A stretch of DNA of 63,935 nt, counting the filler, from Cercozoa sp. M6MM (lineage: Eukaryota; Protista; Endomyxa: Ascetosporea): the NCBI GenBank assembly GCA_040357565.1. It is 9 parts of 9 records of this genome, joined end to end, with 100 filler letters (N's around TTAATTAATTAA, not from the genome) between each part and the next. Parts side by side here need not be neighbours in the genome. Positions count along the whole stretch, not along the records: positions 51,151 to 54,206 come from JBDODJ010001629.1; positions 54,307 to 60,325 come from JBDODJ010000802.1; positions 60,426 to 61,702 come from JBDODJ010002078.1; positions 61,803 to 63,935 come from JBDODJ010001835.1; 5 more parts are not named here. The stretch is one strand, 5' to 3'. The position numbers and the translations under genes were made by a program. Every line of letters begins with the position of its first letter. Position 1 is the first letter of the stretch. The notes beneath the pieces are model-generated. The model was not told the DNA's origin and ran no database searches. It saw only the letters and a program-made list of their open reading frames with translations. Shown here one piece after another: positions 54,148 through 63,935 of this stretch.

Positions 54148-54306
54148 ACGACTACAGGGGGATAAATAGATGGGGTACACGTAGGTATAGGGTGTGGGGG
54201 GGGGGGNNNNNNNNNNNNNNNNNNNNNNNNNNNNNNNNNNNNNNNNNNNNTTAATTAATTAANNNNNNNNNNNNNNNNNNNNNNNNNNNNNNNNNNNNNN
54301 NNNNNN

Positions 54307-54347
<41 letters not shown>

Positions 54348-54363
54348 CAGCAGTTTCTTGCAG

Positions 54364-56519
54364 GAAACAATCTCGCAAAAGTTCAAGATGAAGAACACCG
54401 ACTACGAGGCGACCATTGAACATCTCGAGTCCGTGCAGCTCGGAAACCTCTCGCGGCAGGATTTCATTGGTAAGGTTGACGTTTCAGTGTCTGCGCTAAG
54501 AGACTCTTCTGTGCAGTCATGGCTGAAGCTGTTCTGAGTTCGGAGTTGCGTGAAGCGTCACTCACGACGACGAAAGAGGGAGAGAACAACTCTCTTGTCA
54601 AGCTGCGTGACGCTTGGTTTGCGCAAGAGGTGCATTGTCAGCTTGCCAGCCAGGGTCGCTATGCAGTATGTTGCTTGTTAAAACGCACAGGTGAACCAAG
54701 AGGCCCCTTCGTTCGATTTCAACTTTGGAGGTGCTCGCTTAAAGGCCAATGTCTGGGGTAGCTTTACCTTTTTCTTCCAACGTATGTTTCAGTTGGCTCG
54801 AACGCAATTTCTTGCAGCTGGGAGCGAGATCAAGTTCCTCGGCGCTAATCCTAGAGAGGGCACTGTCGCCATTTCGCTCCGTCTCAACCTGCGAACTGTC
54901 TGCGCTGTAAAATTAACTCTTCAGTTTCTGCACACCCATAGATGTCCCTGATATGTAAATTACAGGAGTCGCTGTACGACATTCGGAAGAAGTGCGGACG
55001 CGCTCTCGAAGAAAAGCTCCGTGAACGCAAAGTCACGGTATTAAATTTCGAATCTAAACTATTGTCCGCTGACCGAGGATATTCGAGATACCCTCATAAA
55101 TCTACAACTTACTCCAGGCCATTTCTGGACATCGGTTCAAGCAAGTGTTTGTGAACGGCATCGACGAAGGCCATGGCACGGTATTCAAGTTTGCGTAAGT
55201 GAGCTTGCATGAGTGTGATTTTCCGCGTTAGGACGTGACTTTTGACAAGTGCGGCTCCGAGGCACTATCAATCACTCTGACTTCTTTCTACTCATAGTAC
55301 TTTCGTATCAAGGACTGCTCGGTATGCTTATCGCATCTATACGACAAGGTGTTTATCAAGTCGTCTTTGTGTTGACAGGCGATGGCGTACGAGGAGCGTC
55401 GCGATGGCAGTCGATCGTACCACCCGCTCTGTCTGCTGGTCCGTTGCAAAGTCAGACCTGAAGTGGATATAAATTTATATGTCATGCTGTTTTTCTCAGC
55501 ATCCTCTGGCGTCGCAACTCTTCAGTCCTGGTAGACCTGGCTTTGTTAATTAAGGTAAAGTACTCACCATATACTGAGGCTCGCAGAGGACCAAAGCAAG
55601 TTCGACGCCATGAAAGCTGAAAGACAGGTCATGCCGAAACTCAAGCGCATTTCTGTCAGTACGACCGATATTCGTTGCATCCATGATCATATAGTTTATA
55701 GCGTGTTTTAATATTATACAGTCTGGAACACCATGTGCGACGTCATTACGCGCAAAGGACAAGTCCAGACTCGGCTCGGCAAAGCGCTAGGTCTTCGTGT
55801 AGCGCAAGCTGTCTCTGCTCCCATCTCAGAGCATTCACCTCATGTGTTCGTTTGGACAGGTGCATCGCCAGACATTAACGGTATCGACACGTGAACTGCG
55901 ACCAGTTCAACTGCACACTGGCGACGGCAAGGAGCTGTTACCGTACGTATTTTGCACATGTCTTTGTGTATCTGTGTACCTGTGTGGTGTGGTGTGTGTG
56001 GAGAGAGAGAGAGAGTGTGTGTGTGTTGTTACAGTTCCGAATCGCGCAAGGGGTAACGAAAAGCTCTCTGTCTGTTTTGCGTTTACCAGTGCTCTTGTAG
56101 CTACCTGTTCAAGAGCGAGGTCGAAGGTACTCGGCTTCAAGTGCGAGTGACGCCCTTGTTCCTGGGTCGTGGCGGCGGTCGCGAAGTTGAAGGTATTGCT
56201 TTGTGTGAGTAGGTATCAGTTTTATGCGTATTTTGTGTCAGACGTGCTGAAGAGACAGGCGCGCGACTGGAATCAAGGCATTAAACTGGAAATTGATGTA
56301 CTGGACCCGAGAGAACCATTTCCAGTTCTTCTCTCTACTCATGTCTTGTTTAATTTTCTCCCCAGCGCATGGCCGAGTGCCGTGCCTTGGAGGTGCCTGC
56401 GCTGCTCAGAGACGTCGCGCGACGCCAAGATGAGCATCACGTGGCTCTCTGCATCTTAGATCGGTATGTCTAATGACTTTTTTTTTTAACCCCTGTGTGT
56501 GCGTGTGTGCGTGTGTGCG

Positions 56520-56582
<63 letters not shown>

Positions 56583-58585
56583 CCCCACCCCTGTCGTAGC
56601 AACCGACCGGACGAGTCCACTGCGCGTGATAGAGGCGAAGTGGTACATCAACTACAGTTCGACCTGTGGGTGCGTTGGCGAATAAAGCGTCATTCTAGCT
56701 ATCGAAATTGGCGGTGCACGAGGTCGTCGACAACGTGGACGATCTCACGGCCGACGCCATCAATGGTGCGACTTGCTTTGGGGCGTGTGGACGTAATTTC
56801 AAAGCGCAGGTACGTAGAGGCCATGCGCAAGTCCGTTCACGTGCAGTTCATCATGAAGAAGGTGTGATGTTTCACTCCAGTTGTTTCTATGCGTGCATAT
56901 GTGCATGCATGTCGCAGTCGCTGGTTGGTCGCAGCAGTGCAAACGTCTCGACCATTGCCAAGGCGGTTTGTGACCAGGTGTGTCAGTGGTTTCTCTGACT
57001 AAAGAAGAAAACTAATACAGTATGCCGCATATGTAAACTTAAATTTACCTGCAGGCCATTGGTAAAACTGGCGTGGCGACTTCTGATGTTCGCCTGCCTC
57101 GCGTAGCCTTGTTGCTCTGCATCCACCGGATTATAGTAGCGTAACCTGGCACTTTTGACACAGTCGGTGGCGTCGTTGCCGCTTGCAGGCGTCGACTCGG
57201 TCGCGCTGAAGGACGGTATCTCCGCACCACCTCTGTTGTTGTACACAGGTCATGCATGTCAACTTATGTTGTGCAAAGGCCGTCGCCGTGTCTGCGTTGC
57301 CGTGATGTTCGGCCGGCACCACGTGCGTCGTCTCGGCTTTGCCACCGAGCTGAGCGAAGAGGACGAGTCGCACTGTACCAGACACCCACTGCACATACGT
57401 GTCTGGACCGAATAGCATGTACTTGCCTTTGTTTGTAGGGGTGGTGCAGGTGCTCGCCAAGTGCGCTGCCTTCTGCAACGAGGTACTGGCCCGCACACAC
57501 ATAGCATGTATTGTGCTGCAGTGCAGTGAGTGTAGGGCACGCGCAAGGCCATCGTGGTCTTCCGTGGTAGTTCCACCAAGGCCAGCGACACTGGTGCCCA
57601 TGACCGCGAGGTATGGCGTGTTTGTTGATTGTGGGCTCATAGCGGTTTGCCTGTGGGTATGTATGTGTTGCACAGAAGGAGGAGCTGAAGGAACTCGTGG
57701 ACGGCTACCTGTGGATCAACGTAACCTTCTCTGGCCTTCCTCTGTCTGGCTGTGCGTTCTTGCAATATTGGTGGTGCATGTGGCAACAGTCGCAGCGTAG
57801 TCGGCCGCTGCTGTGCAAGGGTCCGCGGGCTGGCCGAGGGTGCGTTTCTGTCTCAATCTCCCTCGCTAGGGCACGAGTAATCACCCCGATGTGTGTGTCA
57901 TGTGTGCAGCTCAACGGGTCAGTACTTTGTGGACTGCGAGAGTGATCCTGACCTCGCACCGCGTACTCTTTGTCTCCGCTACTAGTATCTTGGTCCAGAC
58001 AGGGTGTGCATATCGTATGCATGTGCACAGTGCGCGAGGAGTTCTACACGGTCCTGCCGAACACCAACCCTGCTCGCTTCCAGTTCGAGCAGTACAACGT
58101 ATGCTCTTAGCCTGCCTTTCTGTTTTGGGGTGTCCGTTGATATAACTCATGTGCAGATGGACGTGCGCAAGGACGAGGTCATGCAGGTTGCGATGGCTGC
58201 CATGCACATGTATGTCGCCAACCGCGGTAGCTCAGTTCCTTTGTCTCTAGAAATTGAGTATTGTACCCCCTTTGCCCTTGCGACAGGTGGCATCAAGATG
58301 CCGGCGCCTCTGCACCAGTATCTCAGTCACTCTGCTTGCTTGTGTCGTGATTGTGTTGTCACCCTGTGTGCTTGCAGTGCCTCGCGCTGGATCAAGGACG
58401 ACGGCACCTTTTCGCAGGTGTTCAAGTGCAACAGCACTCCTCTCCACGGCGGCGTTTACTGTCTCTCGCAGACCGAGCTCTCTCTGCGGTACCGCGTTTC
58501 AGTTTGTACTTCGATATGTCTGGCACAAGTTGAAAGCTCAAAACATGCGTTCACAGCCTCGCTGCCTCTAAACGCGAATCGCTAA
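54364..58585 (+). CDS. Highly divergent Argonaute/PIWI-family protein (L1-PAZ-L2-MID-PIWI), 5'-truncated, predicted slicer-inactive
   Basis: L1 NVWAGSEIKF...ISLRLNLRTVCAESLYDI; PAZ LEEKLRERKVT...VNGID...VTF...ITLTSFY...SYHPLCL; L2 LTVSTRELRPVQLHTGDG and ARDWN; MID VHVQFIMKKSL...STIAKAVCDQAIGKTG; PIWI LAGVD, IVVFRGS, GQYFVD, EFYTV...NPARF, MQVAMAAMHMYVANRGGIKMPAPLHHAS. Confidence 0.85.
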
Positions 58586-58958
58586 GGCCTTGTGCTGCGC
58601 AATGCTAAGAACCAACGTAACACCGAAAGAAAGAAATCCATCCACTGTAAACCCATACTCTCGTCGGAAATTTTCAGCGGGTCGCTGCGTCTCGTCTTTT
58701 TTTTTTGCTTCTTCCGCGATCGCTCGCCTGTTCCGCTTCGCTCCGCTCCACGGACGGGCTCGTCACGCTCACGCTCCGGTTACGCTTCTTTGGACCCCCG
58801 GCGTCGAAATAATTGCGAGGAACACATAACGATTGAACTAAAAGAGCTATCAATAGAACAGTTGAAAAAAACTTACAAAATAAAAAGCAACCTCCGGTCC
58901 GACTTGTGTTCCGCTGTTGTGCCTGGCGCTGTGAGTAAGCTAAGCACACGCGTCCAAC

Positions 58959-59444
58959 ATGAGCGAGAAGGAGACTGGAAAGTCACTGCTCCCGCTGGAG
59001 CTGATCGATATGTGTATTGGTAAACCACTCTTCTTTTGCTGTTGTGCGGTGTTACTGAGCGTTTATACTGCTTAGGAAGCAAGCTGTGGATTCTAATGAA
59101 AGGCGACAAGGAGTTCGTTGGCACCCTCCGCGGGTATATCAGCTGACGTTGTGCATTGCGTGCGTGTTGCAGTTTTGTGTCTTTGTACAGCTTTGATAAG
59201 CAAGTAAACCTCGTCCTGGACGATGTTGTCGAGTACGAAACAGCAGAGGTATGTCGCACTTTGTTATTTCTGCAAATTACGAGTGAATTTTGAAAGGACG
59301 GCGACATTCGCGAAATCACGCGCGATTCGATCTTCCTTAATGGCAACAACGTCGCAATTGTACACACTCTCCTCCTTTCAATTTTGTGTTGTTATTTAGC
59401 ATGTGTGCTATCAGATGGTGCCTGGTGGCAAGCCGGAGCAATAG
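58959..59444 (+). CDS. LSM5: U6 snRNA-associated Sm-like protein LSm5
   Basis: 5 exons: [55 protein letters not shown]...[19 protein letters not shown]. Confidence 0.96.
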
Positions 59445-59631
59445 CACGTTTTCGCCTCGCCTCACGTCATGTCGGGTTAGATACCGTGGCATGGATACAT
59501 AGATTTGCTCCGATCACGTTTGGTTAGTCTCCGGTCGGTCGAAGTGACCGTGAAGATAGATCTAGCGTAGAAACGATATCAAATCCACTGCGCTAGGCCA
59601 GCGCATAAGCCAAGTCCGAGAACGAAAGCGA

Positions 59632-60262
59632 TCACTGCGTCGACATTGGCGGCAAGCCGTGCTGCTCGAGCAAGGCAGCAATGTCCTGCTCCGACACGCC
59701 GGCCTCGCGCGCACGGCGCACCAGTTCCTTTGCAAGTATGTATCGTTGAAGAAACGCTTCTAGCAATTTCAAGCATTGAAGTACCTCTCGCTCCTGCTCG
59801 AGTCGGCTCGGAGTGACCGGCTGCGGCTCACGCGCCGTTGGGTGCTCCTGTCGTTGAGCAGAGTAAACATGCAAACCAGAAGGCAAGCAATCAGGCAGTT
59901 CGAGCAAGATGCAGTACCTGCATGAGCGGGAAATCAGCAAACTTGAACGTCGTCACCATTTCGGTCGGTGCCACAACATTCGACACCGGCAGGAACGGAA
60001 TCTACACCGATACTTTTTTTTAATTTGTTGGGAAAGAATGCAAAAGAAACCCACCCAATACATGGGCGTGAAGCCACCCAGGAAGGAGATCATCGACTCG
60101 GTCCACGTGCGCTCGTTGGAGCGCTTGAACCGTGCGCTCTTTAAAAAGAGAATTTACGAATCAGTGCTTGAGGCAGAGAAACGAAAGAATACGACGAAAC
60201 TGGCGTCGTTGTAGCCGTTGCGCGCGCTGATCTTGCGCGAAGCTTCATCGAAATCCGGAACC
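59632..60262 (-). CDS. 3' exons of a hypothetical protein (weak resemblance to a DHHC palmitoyltransferase C-terminus)
   Basis: VPDFDEASRK...|...SMISFLGGFTPMYW|IPFLPV...|EHPTARE...|ELVRRAREAG...MSTQ*. Confidence 0.5.
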
Positions 60263-60283
60263 TATTTTCAATCTCATGAAACA

Positions 60284-60325
<42 letters not shown>

Positions 60326-60458
60326 NNNNNNNNNNNNNNNNNNNNNNNNNNNNNNNNNNNNNNNNNNNNTTAATTAATTAANNNNNNNNNNNNNNNNNNN
60401 NNNNNNNNNNNNNNNNNNNNNNNNNCTTTATCTTTATTTTCCCCTGTACCCTTCGTAG

Positions 60459-61047
60459 GGCGGCGACGTGGACAACCACCAGGAGGAAGTGAATCCGAGC
60501 GACAACGGCTGCAACGGCGCCGTGCTGGCCGAACTCATGTTCAACGTGGAATCGCCGCAGGCACGTCGTGTGGCGCGCGCTCTATTCCAGCGGTAATTAC
60601 CCCCTCCCCCAACCATTTTATCCCTACCCTACCCCTTTACCCCCTGCCATTTACCCCTACCCTACCCTACCCTACTCCCCCTCCCCCCGTCTCAGAGGCG
60701 ACGTGGTGCAGACGTACGCGCGCGACCTGCTGGAGCATGCGGCGTTCCACGCGAGTCGCGTCGGGTTCGACCACGTGGCTGTCGTGCGGCACTGCAGCAA
60801 CACGTGGCCGGCCGAGTGGTTCCTGCCGCTCGAGCAGCGCGTGCCGCTCTTCTACAACAAGCTCATCGATTCGCACGACGCGCGGCACCCGATCTCCAGC
60901 GACGACGTGGCGCGCAATCCCTACATGCCCGTGTCGGACGTCTTTCGTCCCAACGACCACCTCATGCCCGACAGTCTCGCCGTCATTCGCGACCAGATGG
61001 ACGGACGCGATCCCAATATCCACGTTATCGGCTACACTCGTCGCTAA
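60459..61047 (+). CDS. 3' exons of a hypothetical protein
   Basis: GDVDNHQEEVNPSDNGCNG...FQR|GDVVQTYARDLLEHAAFH...GYTRR*; strongly GC3-biased codons. Confidence 0.65.
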
Positions 61048-61189
61048 CTTCTTCCTTTCGGCACCACACTTTATTGCCTCTCAGTCATTTAAACACTACC
61101 GCAATTGTATCTAAGGTATCGAAGATGACTAAATAAAGGAAGTGTTAACGTCAGTTAGAAAGACCGACCTCCGTCTCCGCTTACCGCGC

Positions 61190-61636
61190 CGCTTTCCTCG
61201 CTTCCGCTCACGCTCGGCACAGCGTCTGGCCGCTGCCGAGGAGGAGCTGCGCCGCGCCGACAAGCAATTCGCGCGTGTGCACCGCAGCTACAGCGTGCTC
61301 GTGTTCGAGCAAGCGGCGGCGGCAGTGCGTCGCGCCGAGCAGGAGCTCGCGCTACAACGCCAGCTCGGCCAGCTGGTGGCCGCCCATGCCGCCCTTGTCG
61401 CGGCCCGTCTGTGTAAATTTTTTACTTTATATTTAACCTTCGTTTCCGCTTTGGCTTTTTTCGCTTTCGCTTCAATTTCGCTTTTTCACTTTCACGAAAG
61501 TTTCGTCCTGTCTCCTCCCGTCAGTTTGCATTTTGTGTCACTCTGTTTGGTGTGTTTCGTGGTGTAGCGGTGCTCGCCGAGTACCGCACTTGCGCCAGCG
61601 AACTGCCGCTTTGCGAAGCCGCGACGCCGATCAAGC
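61190..61636 (+). CDS. Putative coiled-coil exons (no ATG found), truncated by contig end
   Basis: QRLAAAEEELRRADKQFARV...AARL, then a GT-AG intron and AVLAEYRTCASELP. Confidence 0.4.
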
Positions 61637-61802
61637 GGTACCGGTTGCACCTGTACCTCTATCGTATCGTAGTATCACTGGTTTAGATGCGTGCGTGTTC
61701 CCNNNNNNNNNNNNNNNNNNNNNNNNNNNNNNNNNNNNNNNNNNNNTTAATTAATTAANNNNNNNNNNNNNNNNNNNNNNNNNNNNNNNNNNNNNNNNNN
61801 NN

Positions 61803-61852
<50 letters not shown>

Positions 61853-61889
61853 GCGGCCCGAGGGAGCACACCGACAATAAAAACTGCAC

Positions 61890-62035
61890 AGTACCGGTGG
61901 CAGGCTGCGTGCGCTCACGCACGGCGGTATGAAAGCTGCGCACGGCGCGGTTGACAGCCACGAGTGCGTCCGACTCGCGCTGCTCCTCCACTGCAACGCA
62001 ACACCCCGAGCAGTGCACAACAGTCCGGCAATCAA

Positions 62036-62084
<49 letters not shown>

Positions 62085-62094
62085 NNNNNNNNNN

Positions 62095-62160
<66 letters not shown>

Positions 62161-62520
62161 ACAGGCCCAGCCTGATCCAAGACAGTACAGTGCACAGTAC
62201 CAGCGGCAGCGTTGGTCTGCTCGACCAGTTCTTCTAGGAGTTCTATCTCCAGCGGGCAAGGAGAGCCCTCCTGCTTTATCTTTGCACAGTCGGAGTACTA
62301 GTACTGTACTCTCATCAAACACCCCAGCCCCTCCCTTAACTGGTATAACTTGTACAGTGTCATGATCAGTACAAGTGAAACTGAACTGCATATACCTCGA
62401 CAGGGAGGGCACTCATCTCGTTCTTGTTGATTGTTGAAGCAGTGTGCAGCGAATTCAAAAACCTGCTGGACTGCCTTTTTGCGCTTTGAAAAGCTCTCTC
62501 TGAGCTCGTTTTTCCTGCCA
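61890..62520 (-). CDS. Exons of a hypothetical protein, truncated
   Basis: KNELRESFSKRKKAVQQVFEF; LEIELLEELVEQTNAA; EEQRESDALVAVNRAVRSF, each GT-AG bounded. Confidence 0.4.
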
Positions 62521-62595
62521 AACATTACATGTACAGCAGCCACGCTGCCCCATGATTCACCCATTCCGTTGCCTTGAGCATTAGCCATCAGGCAC

Positions 62596-62708
62596 AACCC
62601 AAGCCGACCCAAGCCGACCCAAGTCGACCCAAGTCGACCCAAGCCGACCCAAGTCGACCCAAGTCGACCCAAGTCGGCCCAAGTCGACCCAAGTCGACCC
62701 AACCCGAC
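62596..62708. repeat. 10-nt minisatellite (CCAAGTCGAC, ~11 copies)
   Basis: Visible directly. Confidence 0.93.
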
Positions 62709-63844
62709 ATGGGCGAGCGACACAACACGCAAGCACACCAGCGCGTGCATGCGAGTTTCGGAAGACGCAAAATTAGCGGAAAGAGAAGCAATGCGCAGCC
62801 CCCAATCACGGGTCAAAGAAACGCCACCCCGCGAAAACAACACACACCGACACACCGACACAAGAAACGCAGCACAGATTTTGTCGTCTGACCAGCGCAG
62901 CGGACAGGGTCAGAGTACCTATCTCTCTAGCTACTGTTGACTAACAAACTAAAGTAACAACGTGTGTGTGTCTGTGCACTCTAGCGCTCACCACGCACGT
63001 GTTTTCGCGCCTGGGCTCGCCGCGAGCCGCTGCACAAGTCTGGCGATTTTCGAGCTGCTCTCGTCGCTAGATGAGTTCCGAGGCACAAAGACGTGCATTG
63101 TTTACTGCACCTGTGCGCACTGTGGCCTCTAACTCCCGATCGGTGCACTGTGGGGTGCGCCACCTCAGCGCCCGCTTTTTCTTGTGTCGCTTCACTGCTT
63201 CACTGCTTCACTCCGATGGCAGGGCAGAGATTTCGCGGAGATTGCACACAGGCACAAAAAACGACAGCCAAGCCGCATTCTGAGCTGCGAACGAGCGGCT
63301 GGGGCACGGCGACAGCATTGCCAGTGCCAAATGCTGCGCGTTAGATGGCTCGAGTCTTCTAAACAGTCACGAGCGACCTCGGGTCAGTTTTGTCTTTCTG
63401 GCCCCAGTCCTGATTCTGTGTTTTGACTGGCTTTTAACGACTGTGCCAGTGTGTCTGTACACGTGTTGCAGCTTTGGTGTGCTAGTGCATCCGCGCGGAC
63501 GAAGAGATGTCAAGACAATCACGTACTGTACACCTGGCTGGGATGTTCCATCCACAATTTACTCGGCGCATCGCATGTCCAAAAAGTTTCGGTTGGTTCG
63601 ACCGACCGTTTAGTCTCTCACATGCACAGTCACAATCCGAGCACTGCGATCTAAATTGACGCAATCATTGTGCGGCAGCAACAACAAACCAACTGTTCTG
63701 CGGGCAGCCCAGTTGGGTTGGCCCATGAGCTCCTCGGTTTCCGCGCCCTGCCACCAGCGCAAGGCACTCGGCGCAGCAGCTTCTGTTCCATAACAGCGCA
63801 GCAGCCGAGCAGCAGCTCAGCAGCTCAGCAGTGAGCAGTGAACA

Positions 63845-63917
63845 GTATCTGTAGCGTAGTGGTTATCGCGTTGGTCTTACACACCAAAGGTCGTGGGTTC
63901 AATCCCCACCAGGTACA
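63845..63917 (+). tRNA. tRNA-Val (anticodon TAC), intronless
   Basis: Acceptor GTATCTG/CAGGTAC; D-arm GCG-TAGTGGTTAT-CGC; anticodon arm TTGGT-CTTACAC-ACCAA; T-arm GTGGG-TTCAATC-CCCAC; T5 terminator at 63921. Confidence 0.95.
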
Positions 63918-63935
63918 CTCTTTTTCTTTTGTGCA

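Overview
Eukaryotic (protist-like) nuclear DNA: gene-dense and very intron-rich. Introns are GT-AG, mostly ~45-70 nt, and some are expanded by micro- or minisatellites. The code is standard (TAA, TAG and TGA all end genes). The window is NOT contiguous: eight ~100-nt N-TTAATTAATTAA-N spacers join separate contigs and cut genes. Recognisable genes, spliced by hand: KIN17 (partial), RICTOR (partial), MMS19, MUS81, a DCN1-like gene (partial), a bacterial-type MtaD/TRZ-ATZ deaminase (partial), an ENPP pseudogene fragment, ALDH6A1 (partial), LSM5, an LRR/coiled-coil gene, tRNA-Val(TAC) and several hypothetical genes. Most notable: (1) a very divergent ~30-exon Argonaute/PIWI gene with a broken catalytic tetrad, a remodelled MID pocket and a C-terminal extension; (2) a 4,069-bp element with 33-bp terminal inverted repeats, a TAG target-site duplication, subterminal repeat arrays and spliced orphan cargo but no recognisable transposase; (3) atypical 5' splice sites (GTAC/GTAY, rarely +5G) and strand-biased C-rich intron filler. 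All gene models are manual and need RNA-seq and HMM confirmation.
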